From a virus: a stretch of DNA of 64,000 nt. The DNA is taken from positions 32,001-96,000 of the IMG/VR virus record IMGVR_UViG_3300036985_009306, one strand, 5' to 3'. The translations under genes were made by a program, and so were the position numbers. The notes beneath the pieces are model-generated. The model did not search any database, had not been told where the DNA came from, and saw only the letters and a list, made by a program, of their open reading frames with translations. Numbering within the stretch: the stretch's first letter is position 1; every line of letters starts with the position of its first letter. Shown here piece by piece: positions 39,024-48,400 of this stretch.

Positions 39024-39206
39024 ATGCATAAATATTCAGACAATTGTTTACTTTGTAAGATATATTCAAGTGCTAATACATTTGAATTAACTCCAGAAGA
39101 AAAAATAGAGTTAGAAGAAAGTGATAAAGAATTAGAAAAAGAAATAACAGAAAGAAAAAATAAATTAACAAAATCTGAATTAAAAGAACTTCTTCAAATA
39201 GAATAA
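39024..39206 (+). pseudogene. Truncated leader-family paralog (60 aa)
   Basis: Contains only the leader and the FELTPEEKIELEE.DKEL block nearly identical to 35174, then stops. Confidence 0.55.
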
Positions 39207-39220
39207 ATTCTATTTTTATC

Positions 39221-39285
39221 AAGACTACATCTTCAAGATGCTCATAGACCTGGTAGTCAAGGGAGAGCATCTCAAATTCCTCTTT
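39221..39285. ncRNA. Candidate pseudoknot RNA motif, copy A
   Basis: GACTAC(39223-28)/GTAGTC(39253-58) crossed by AGATGCTC(39236-43)/GAGCATCT(39265-72). Confidence 0.6.
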
Positions 39286-39317
39286 ATTTCTAAAAAATTT
39301 ATAAAAAGTAATAAGTC

Positions 39318-39848
39318 ATGGCCACAACAGCTGTACAAAGTCCAGTACCCATTTCCTGGAGCATTAAAGGAGCTGCAAATGTTCCTCCTTTAACAATGCT
39401 TATTAACCCAGCAAATTTAGACATAACTTATACTCCCTTAATCACAGAAACTAGAACTCTTGGCGGTTTTGTCCATGAATACTGGGGTGAACAATTAACT
39501 TCTCTTTCAGCCTCAGGAAAAACTGCAATGTTTATAGATAGAACTCAAGGTCTAACAAATGATACAAGATCTACAGAATCATATCAATACTTCATGTCTT
39601 TATTAAATATCTATAAAAACAATGGGAAAGGATACACTACAGATTTTTCTACAGATACAATTCCTGCTTTTAGAGCAAATCCTACAAAAATAGCAAGTCT
39701 TGGTATTGTATCTATGGTATTTGACAAAAGACACTATGATGGTTACTTTGAATCTTTTTCATATACAGAAGAAGCTGCAATGCCATTTAATCTTGACTAC
39801 AATTTTGTATTTAGAGCAATGCGAATTATAGGACAATTAACTGTTTGA
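39318..39848 (+). CDS. Tail tube initiator/baseplate-tube junction-like protein 1
   Basis: MLINPANLDITY...WGEQLTSLSASGKT...Y.GYFESFSYTE.A..PF; position before the hub gene. Confidence 0.6.
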   Translation: MATTAVQSPVPISWSIKGAANVPPLTMLINPANLDITYTPLITETRTLGGFVHEYWGEQLTSLSASGKTAMFIDRTQGLTNDTRSTESYQYFMSLLNIYKNNGKGYTTDFSTDTIPAFRANPTKIASLGIVSMVFDKRHYDGYFESFSYTEEAAMPFNLDYNFVFRAMRIIGQLTV

Positions 39849-39855
39849 GGAGAAC

Positions 39856-40443
39856 ATGTCTCTTTACACCAATACAAGTTCTAGGAGATACAATAGCAAG
39901 CCTATGGTGTTTGATTTGAATATTGAGTCACCACCTCCTTCATTGACATTGCTTATTAATCCAGCAAATTTAGAAATTAAATATACACCTAAGTTAACTG
40001 AACAGAGAGTAAGATGGGCTGGAACAAGTCCAGGATACATATTTCATGTTCATCATGATGAACTAGATGTTTTGTCTGCTTCAGGAAAGTCTGCTATGTT
40101 TATGTCAGATCATGGTTTAACTAGAACTAATAGAACAGATACATTGGCATATGAGAATATAGAAACATTGGTTGCTTTTTATAGGAATAATGGCTCTAAT
40201 TTTAATCCAAAGTCAAATTCAACTACAAATCCTGCAATGATAAATTCCGTTGGAAGGGTTACGATAACATATAATGGATTTTTATACAAGGGTCATTTTA
40301 TAAGTTTTACATGTACAGAGAGTGATTCGAGTCCATTTAATGTTGATTTTTCTTTTGATTTTAAGGTAACAAGAACATTTGATGTCGGTCAAGTTGGTTC
40401 AAATTTCACAGCAAATTTTACACCTTTTTCGAGTCCATCATGA
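39856..40443 (+). CDS. Tail tube initiator-like protein 2 (paralog of 39318)
   Basis: LLINPANLEIKYTP...LSASGKS...YKGHFISFTCTE...PFNVDFSF. Confidence 0.6.
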   Translation: MSLYTNTSSRRYNSKPMVFDLNIESPPPSLTLLINPANLEIKYTPKLTEQRVRWAGTSPGYIFHVHHDELDVLSASGKSAMFMSDHGLTRTNRTDTLAYENIETLVAFYRNNGSNFNPKSNSTTNPAMINSVGRVTITYNGFLYKGHFISFTCTESDSSPFNVDFSFDFKVTRTFDVGQVGSNFTANFTPFSSPS

Positions 40444-42677
40444 ATAATAGAGTTCTAGGTGACGGTCAGAATGTATTGAATCCGGGTTATAGACAACCTG
40501 AGACAGTTCAGTTGGCACCAGATGCATTAGTGTTTATTAATGGGTCAAATATGATGCAAGATCCTGAAGGTAAAGTATTTGACATCAGACAGGATATAAC
40601 AGATATAGAAACAAGTTTGTCAACAGAACAACAGGGAACAGCAGGTTTCACAATTTCTTATCCATCTACATCAGGAGGTAGAGAAGGTCAGTCTAAATAT
40701 AAGAATTTGTTGATAATGTCTGAAGTTATGATTTACTTTAGAGGTCGTTTTTTAAAGAAGAGTCAATCTACACAACAAAAGCAGTTTGTTGGGCCTCAAC
40801 TTCAAGTTGTTCCGCCAGAAGGACCTATAATATATCCATATTATCAGGCATTTTGGGGAATTATTACTTCTATAACAGAGAATTATAATGACGGGGTAAA
40901 TACAATTTCTGTTTCATGTGCAGATATTTTGAGATGGTGGCAAATTACAAATATTACAGTTAATCCTTCTCTTCTTTCTTCTGTAGATAGTCTTAAAAGA
41001 TTTTTGACAAAAAATTATGGTGTGAGTAAGACAGATTTTGCTTTGCTTGAAAAAGGTTTGAAATCAAAAGATGGTGCAGGAAGAGGGGTTTCTTTATTTT
41101 CTACAATTTTTTCAAATAAGACTATTCCAGAAATTTTTGAAGCATGTTGTAATCTTTCTTTACTTCAGATGTCTCCACTTAATGATTATCTTGTTACAGG
41201 ATCTGTTGCTGTTGAAATAGGACAAAAAATACGAGCTGAGATTGATAAAGGACAAATGAATTATTGGCGAGAACGACTTCAACAAGTAGGAAGAAATTTA
41301 AAAATTTATGGATTGAAAAAAGATACTAGAAAAGGTTCGGAAACATTAGGCAAATGGATTATTGATCCTACACAATTAATTACTTATCCTACATTAGAAA
41401 AGACTAAACAATTACAAGATATAGGGAATATAAATACTTTTTATCAGATGTTTCCAGCTGCTCCATCTATAGCAAAAAGCGATAGAAAGAGTCAGTATGA
41501 AATAGCAAATGAGGTAAAAGAAGGAATTGGTTTTGAATTTTTTATGGATGTTAACGGTGAAATTGTATTAAAAATGCCATTCTATAACTTAAATGTAAGT
41601 CAAAATATAAATTCGGTTATTCATGATATAGATATACTAAGTTGGAGTTTTGTTCAAAGTGAATCTGAAGTTGTAACAAGAATCGATGTAACAGGTGCGA
41701 TGGCTAATATATCTGATGGCGGGCATGGTGCTCCTACAGGAATTGCATATAGTCCTTTATTAACTCTTCAATATGGAGAACGAGAACAACAACGTCATAT
41801 GCCATGGCTACGCAATCCTAAACAATGTGAATTTTGGGGAAAAGTTGAATTAGCAAGAGCAAATGCTTTAGTCAGACAAGGAAGTATTTCTATTATAGGA
41901 AGACCGGAACTTAGACTCGGGTATCCAGTTTATATTCCATCAAGAGATGCTTTTTACTATGTCAAAGGAATTGAACATAGATTTAGTTTTGGTGGAAATT
42001 TTTCTACTACTTTAACTGTAGTAGCAGAAAGATCTAAAGGTAAATCTTTAACTCTTTTTAAGAATGTAGGCGGATTAACAGATGAACAAGTTACTACACC
42101 AGGAACATCTATTGCTGAATCTAATACGACAAATAATTTTGTGACACAGCTTTCTATGCCATCAGTTTGTACTCCAAGAGCAAAGGAGCATGTGTCTGTA
42201 GTCAAACCAAATTTTGCAATTGATTTATCTCAGATATCTTCAATGCCTTTTGGGGATTGGCAGCTGTCAACAGGACAGGAAGTAGATCCTACTTCTGCAA
42301 CAGGACAATTTCAAGTTACAGATGCCGATGGATATGAATTAATGGGACAAATGGGTGCTGAACCTTATATTAGTTATGGCTATGGTTTACGATTTTCGGC
42401 TAATAGCACTATTGATCAACCTCTTTCAAATGCGTTATCCTCAAAAGCAGCAATAGGTGCAGCACAAGCACTTAAGTTAAAAGTAGAAAACAATTCTCTT
42501 GTAATTAATCCGAACAATGTTGCTTGGACATTGGATTCTGAAGCAAGTCAGGGTGCCAAGATGATAGATTCTGGTGATACTGGTCCTGCAAATAATGCTG
42601 CAAAAGCACAAAAACTTTCACCTGATTCTGTTATTCCTGAAGGATTTACAGGTTCTTTGGGAGCAGCAATTCCTTAA
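40440..42677 (+). CDS. Baseplate hub protein (gp27/gpD-like)
   Basis: FWGIITSI.E.Y...ISVSCADIL, EFFMDVNGEIVLKMP, GSISIIGRPELRLGYPVY...YYVKGIEH.F..G..F.TTLT are hub motifs. Confidence 0.75.
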   Translation: MNNRVLGDGQNVLNPGYRQPETVQLAPDALVFINGSNMMQDPEGKVFDIRQDITDIETSLSTEQQGTAGFTISYPSTSGGREGQSKYKNLLIMSEVMIYFRGRFLKKSQSTQQKQFVGPQLQVVPPEGPIIYPYYQAFWGIITSITENYNDGVNTISVSCADILRWWQITNITVNPSLLSSVDSLKRFLTKNYGVSKTDFALLEKGLKSKDGAGRGVSLFSTIFSNKTIPEIFEACCNLSLLQMSPLNDYLVTGSVAVEIGQKIRAEIDKGQMNYWRERLQQVGRNLKIYGLKKDTRKGSETLGKWIIDPTQLITYPTLEKTKQLQDIGNINTFYQMFPAAPSIAKSDRKSQYEIANEVKEGIGFEFFMDVNGEIVLKMPFYNLNVSQNINSVIHDIDILSWSFVQSESEVVTRIDVTGAMANISDGGHGAPTGIAYSPLLTLQYGEREQQRHMPWLRNPKQCEFWGKVELARANALVRQGSISIIGRPELRLGYPVYIPSRDAFYYVKGIEHRFSFGGNFSTTLTVVAERSKGKSLTLFKNVGGLTDEQVTTPGTSIAESNTTNNFVTQLSMPSVCTPRAKEHVSVVKPNFAIDLSQISSMPFGDWQLSTGQEVDPTSATGQFQVTDADGYELMGQMGAEPYISYGYGLRFSANSTIDQPLSNALSSKAAIGAAQALKLKVENNSLVINPNNVAWTLDSEASQGAKMIDSGDTGPANNAAKAQKLSPDSVIPEGFTGSLGAAIP

Positions 42678-42695
42678 CTCACTTAGGAAAATTAA

Positions 42696-44789
42696 ATGCC
42701 TCATCAACTACCATTAAGATCTGGTGAAGATCCTTACAGAGGTAAAGAAGTTGATATAACTAAATACACAAGATTGGGTTATATCACTAGAGTTGACTAT
42801 GAGACTGGTTATGTTGACATCACTTGGTTAGAAGGTAGAGGTTTTACTCCTTTTGTTCGCTTGCCTCTATCACATGCTTCTTTAAGAAGCACTATCCGTG
42901 GAATGCCAGAAGTAGGAAGCGTTGTGATTTGCGGGTGGTCTCGTCAATCACAAACTTGGGAGGATCCTGTTATCCTTGGTTTCACAGATTTTAGTCTAGA
43001 GACCTTACTAGAATATAGGCTTCTTAGAAATGACAAAACTTCACAAGCATTAACAGACATAGCGACAATTCGAGAAAAAATAGGCTACAATGTAATCAGA
43101 GGAAAACGTAGAAAAATATATCCTGGTGAAATTCAAATAGAATCATCTCCAGGAGCTGAACTATATCTTGATGAAGATGTCTATCTCTCAGACAGCAAAC
43201 TTAATGAAATAGAAATAAGATCAGCTGATAAATCTATTCGTTTATCCTCTAATCAGATTTATACTCTTACTCAAGCTTCTCGTACTTGGAATGGATTAGT
43301 TGCTAGAGAACCTGGTGATTTAAAATTTAATTTTCAACCAACAACACTTCCTAATGGTCAAAAAGTACAATTTGTCACTGATTCAAATAATCCATTACAT
43401 GTCGGCGGTCAAGCATTTACAGAACATAGAATTGAAATGTATGAAACATCTAATGGCATAATGAAAGCTTCTGAAGTTAATGCCGGTTATGATGTAAATG
43501 CTCAACAGCCTTTTTTGACTTATGTTTTGGGAACATTAGTCGGTAATGATAAAACTGATATAGCAAAGTATGCTAAAGTATTAAGACCTCAAATTTTTGG
43601 GATACCTTTTGCATCTGAAGTTTCTTTAGATTATCTAGAATGTACTCCAGAAGAATATTCAAAACTTTCATCTGCTGTAAGTCTTAAATTGTTGTCTAGA
43701 GCAAGAATAGATATTGACAAAGAAGGGCATCTTTTTACTTTCTTTCCTGCATCATCTGGTGCACATTCTTTAGGAGCAGGAAGAAGTTGGGAAGGTGCAT
43801 TTGAAGGTGCAGTAAAACTTCTTTTGGGTGCTGACAATGTAGACAATAAATCTTTGTATTTAGACACTAAAGGTGGCATTAAAGCTACTTTGGGTTATGA
43901 TAGAGAAGGAAAAAGTAGCAATATTGTAGCACAAAAAGGAATGTATGTAGAAGTAATCGCTCCGGGTAATGATGGCAATTCTTATTATTTAAAAACAAAG
44001 GGTCCATATAAAGGTTTAATAGATGGACCTTATAATTTAGAAGTTACAGGTGATTATAATGTTGTAGTTCATGGAAAATATATTGTACAATCTTTGGGAA
44101 CAAGAGAAGAGAGTTTTGTCAATGACAAAAACAATATGTATGGTGGATCTTATAAAAAGATTGTTATAAAAGATAAACAAGAGCAAATAGGTTATAATAG
44201 AGATACACGAATAACAGGTAGTTTAGAAAGAGCTCCTGGAATTTTTACTCCAGCATTGCCTTCTCAAATTACAGATGGTTTGTTGTTGACCACAGGTACT
44301 AGAGATGAAAAGTATCTGAACGGGAATTTAAAGAGAACAATTCTTTTGGGAGATGAACATGATACGATTGTTAAAGGAAATATGGTTGAAGATCTTACAT
44401 TGGGTGACAAGACTACAAGTGTTAAGGTCGGAAATATTAATCAGAACATCATTAACGGATCTTCAACAGAAGCAATCGTAAATGGATCAAAAAAAATTTC
44501 TATTAAGAGTGGTTCATTTGTAGTAGAAATTGTTGCAGGTGATGTGCAAGTGAAGACAAGTTTGGGCGCAATTAAAATTAATTCAATAGCACAAACAGTT
44601 GATATAAATGGTGCGTTAGTAGTTACAATCAAGAGTGGGGTTAAATTAAATTTGTCAGGACCTCTTGTACAAATTGGGTCGCTTCCAGCTGTCGGCGGGG
44701 TCGTCACGGGCCTTCCGACACCTACACATCTCGATTTCGTCGTAGGATTGCCATTGCTTGCAAGCAAGACAGTAAGTGCATCTATGTAG
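42696..44789 (+). CDS. Central spike protein (gp5/gpV-like OB fold plus beta-helix)
   Basis: GYITRVDYETGYVDITW...RGMPEVGSVVICG OB fold; C-terminal beta-repeat region; follows the hub. Confidence 0.75.
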   Translation: MPHQLPLRSGEDPYRGKEVDITKYTRLGYITRVDYETGYVDITWLEGRGFTPFVRLPLSHASLRSTIRGMPEVGSVVICGWSRQSQTWEDPVILGFTDFSLETLLEYRLLRNDKTSQALTDIATIREKIGYNVIRGKRRKIYPGEIQIESSPGAELYLDEDVYLSDSKLNEIEIRSADKSIRLSSNQIYTLTQASRTWNGLVAREPGDLKFNFQPTTLPNGQKVQFVTDSNNPLHVGGQAFTEHRIEMYETSNGIMKASEVNAGYDVNAQQPFLTYVLGTLVGNDKTDIAKYAKVLRPQIFGIPFASEVSLDYLECTPEEYSKLSSAVSLKLLSRARIDIDKEGHLFTFFPASSGAHSLGAGRSWEGAFEGAVKLLLGADNVDNKSLYLDTKGGIKATLGYDREGKSSNIVAQKGMYVEVIAPGNDGNSYYLKTKGPYKGLIDGPYNLEVTGDYNVVVHGKYIVQSLGTREESFVNDKNNMYGGSYKKIVIKDKQEQIGYNRDTRITGSLERAPGIFTPALPSQITDGLLLTTGTRDEKYLNGNLKRTILLGDEHDTIVKGNMVEDLTLGDKTTSVKVGNINQNIINGSSTEAIVNGSKKISIKSGSFVVEIVAGDVQVKTSLGAIKINSIAQTVDINGALVVTIKSGVKLNLSGPLVQIGSLPAVGGVVTGLPTPTHLDFVVGLPLLASKTVSASM

Positions 44790-44829
44790 ATATTTTATGA
44801 AATTAGTATTTGTTTTGTAATAACAAAAA

Positions 44830-45432
44830 TTGAGATTTATCATGCCAATTTCAGGTCCAGTGTTCTCAGGGTTATTAATGGTTGAACTTGCTTCACAAGG
44901 ATTTACAGGAGCACAATTACTACAACTCTCAAATGGTATAGGTAATGGAGTTGCAAATTATTTGTTGACTTCTGCTATTTATCAAGGTGTAGGTATTGGA
45001 ACAACAGTTGGAGCAGGAGTAGGAACCGGTTTTGTTCAAGGAATAGTAGGACCTGTTGCAGGAATGAATATATTTCAAATGATGACTGCTGTTGGTTTTA
45101 CTGGTCCCAAGGCTATTCAAATGGCAATGGCAATAGGAAATGCTTTTTCATCTTTTATATCTTTGGGAATTGTTAATTCTGTTTGTATAGGTATGGCAAT
45201 AGGAACTGGAACTGGAACTCTTATAGTAGCAGGTCCTGCTATGGCGGCAAGTATTATGGGTATGTTGACAGCTGTTGGGTTTACTGGTTCTCAAACATTG
45301 CAATTAGCAATGGCAATAGGAAATGGAATATGTAACACAATTTTGTCATCAGGAATAGTAATGACTGTACTAGTTGGGGGAGGTTTTCCGCCAATTCCTA
45401 TGACAGGTGTAGATATAGGAATGTTATCTTAA
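44830..45432 (+). CDS. Gly/Ala-rich hydrophobic protein with three internal repeats (likely start ATG 44842)
   Basis: GFTG..xxQ[LM]xx[GA]IGN occurs three times at ~62-65 aa spacing. Confidence 0.7.
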   Translation: MRFIMPISGPVFSGLLMVELASQGFTGAQLLQLSNGIGNGVANYLLTSAIYQGVGIGTTVGAGVGTGFVQGIVGPVAGMNIFQMMTAVGFTGPKAIQMAMAIGNAFSSFISLGIVNSVCIGMAIGTGTGTLIVAGPAMAASIMGMLTAVGFTGSQTLQLAMAIGNGICNTILSSGIVMTVLVGGGFPPIPMTGVDIGMLS

Positions 45433-45442
45433 TAGGAGATGT

Positions 45443-48400
45443 ATGAGCACACTCTTAACACAATCTGATCAGAATATTCTTGAAGATTCTAAACAAAACA
45501 CACAAGATCAGAATCAGTCTATTCAACAATCATCTGTTACTATTACTACAGAGATAGCAAGTTTACTTTTAGTTGATGTACCTTTTAAGAAACAATTAGA
45601 TCCAATTCATGTCAATATTTTTGCATTTGAAGAAGAGTTAAGAAGATTAAATGGAACTTCTATAATTCAACCATTGCAAGAAAAAGGTTTTACAATTTCT
45701 GACACATCATCTAATTTTGCCCGTCTTTATATTAATAATGGAAGATTAATAATAACAGAAAATACAATTCTTCCAGTATCTGTTGTTCTTACTATAGATG
45801 TAGGTTTAAAAATTTTAAATGTTGGTCCAAGTTTATCATTATCTGTTGGACAATTTATTGTTATTGCTTATGATTTTTATAATCAAATGCAAGGTGAAAT
45901 TGTTGCTTATAATTCTTCTACAGGCTCACTTTCTGTAAATGTTATTACGATTACTGGATCGGGAACATATTCTACTTGGAGCATATACACGCAGATATTT
46001 AATGGACCATTGTTTCCTATGAGAGGATATAGTAGATCTCGATTTGCAGGAACTCAACAGACAGGAACAATCACAAATCTTAGTACAACTATTTCAGGAT
46101 TAACATCAACTGCAAAACTAAGATCAACAGGAATAATAAAGACAGCAGGAAGTTTTGTGATTGGAGCAAATTATATAATTGTGTTCATTGGATCTACAGA
46201 TTTTACTTTAATTGGTGCTAGTTCAAATGCTGTAGGAGTAACTTTTACAGCAACTGGAGTTGGTTCAGGTACAGGAACAGCAACTACAAATCCAGGTCAA
46301 TTTGTAAGTGGAACAGGAATCCCGAAAAATGCTTTTATTATGAGTATAGCTAGTTCTACAAGCATAATAATATCTCAACCGTGTACAACAAGTGGTTCTA
46401 TAACTATAACTTTTGGTTCAGATTTTGATATCTGGTCAAGAGATCGTTATGGTGCAACAACTTCATCAAAACAAACAGGTTCACCTTATATAATAGACAA
46501 ATATCATAAAAAACTTAAAGTAACATTTGATGGTGTAACTACTGTTGAAATAGATTTGTCTAATTTGATAAGCATTGATCAAGTAGATGAAGTGGTTATT
46601 TCAAATACATTAGGGACAGAGACCGCCGTTCAATTAAAATATTTTCCTGTAATTTCTTCTACTGATTCTATTTCTTTGTCTTTAAGTTCATTTGTACTTA
46701 TTGATAAAGCACAATATATGGTAGATTATAATACAGGAATTATTACGTTTTTGCAGGCTATTCGATCTGGTTTCAAGATGACCGCTGATTATGAGAATTT
46801 GGATGGAACTTATAGTGAAACAGTTTTTGAAAATACTACAGGTGCAGAAACTGTAGCTCAGTTAACACATATTCCTATGTTTGGATCTATAGTAACTCTT
46901 ACAACAACATTTATTACTATCAATTTAGTAAGAGGAACTGATTATAATATTGATTATTCTACGGGATATGTGACACTTCTTACACCAATAGTAGATAATG
47001 TCCAAATGTTAGCCTCATATGAAAATTCAGCGAATGTTTTACCTTCTTCATTGGCATCTTCAATTCAATTGTTGATTCAGAATTCTGATCCTTCATTAGA
47101 AAAGATTGCATGTGTTTTTAATATATCTATTAATACTTTTACAATAATATCTGGTTCTGGACCGTCTGCTTCTGTTCAGGTAGTTCCTTGTTCTGATTTA
47201 ATAGTTGGAGAGATTGATTTGATGAATTATTTGGGCTTTGATCAACAGTTTATGATTCAAGGAAAGTATCAAAACAATCTCTTAAATGTTGCAATAGATG
47301 CTACTCTTGCAGGAAATTTTGTTGTAGATGCTAAATATACAATTGTATCAATTGGAACAACAGATTTTACTTCAATAGGAGCAAGTTCAAATACAGTAGG
47401 TCTTATTTTTACGGCAACAGGAATGGGTTCGGGAACAGGTGTTGCTGCAACTTCAAGTCAAATAAGTGAGATCAAGATATCAGATTTCAGGAGATGTTTT
47501 CAAGATGCTAATCTAGGGTATGATAATGATGATCTCGGGTATGACTGGTCAGGTGGTTTAGATAAGCCTCTTGGTTATATAGGGGCAAATAAAGTAGGCC
47601 CTCTATTTTGTTCTGGCATATCAAACGGGAAGGATGTTGCAAAGTCAATAGAAGCACAACTTAGGATGGTAGGATCTGGTGGTTTTATAAATGCTAAAGT
47701 ATCTTATTTTACGAGAGATAATATTTTTATTATCTATAGTGGAACTATGGGTCCAAATTCATCTGTTCATGTTATTCCTGCATCTGATTCTGATAGAGAT
47801 GCAATGAATCTAGTTGGTTATGTGTTTCCTCCTGTTTTTCCAGAAGAAGAAAGAGGAAATGAACAATATTATAATACTTTAAGAGATCTTTATGATAAGC
47901 TAGCAACAGTATCTCATATTCAAGTTTCTGGTTTGAATAATCCATCGACATTGAGTCATTCAATTTTGTATCAACAACTTAATGGTGTTAATATTAGTTC
48001 TAGTTTTAATGATAATGTAGATCTTACTACGACTCTTATTTATGATTATGGATCAAGAGGTTTACCAAGGCTTTATCCTAATGGAAAACTAGTCATAGAT
48101 AGTAGTAATAATATGATTAATTTTTTTGAAACAACTGATATAGAACTTGCTGTAACTATAGCATCAGGTACATATACCAGTGAACATGATGTAGCAACTG
48201 TTATTCAGAGCGCCCTTGGTTCTGGGTATACTTGTACTTATAGTTCTCAACAGAAGAAGTTTACAATTGCAAAAAATACAGGAAGTTTTGGATTGTTGTT
48301 TCAAACAGGCGCAAATGCTTTAACAGGTATTGGTAATTATATAGGTTTTAACACAAGTGATAAGACACTAGCAACTTCATTTACATCTGATTTTCAAGTA

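Noticed and set aside
33795-39206. CRISPR array or integron attC cassettes as the explanation for the ATGCATAAATATTC repeats
   Set aside because: Spacing is gene-length and irregular, the repeats are the first codons of ORFs with synonymous variation, and there is no attC-like inverted-repeat structure.
39221-39285. Group I intron P7 (GACUA/UAGUC) or HDV/theta ribozyme identity for the pseudoknot motif
   Set aside because: There is no P3/P8 or other intron core and no interrupted gene. The segment between P2a and P1b (9-12 nt) is too short for the HDV P3/L3 and lacks its consensus.
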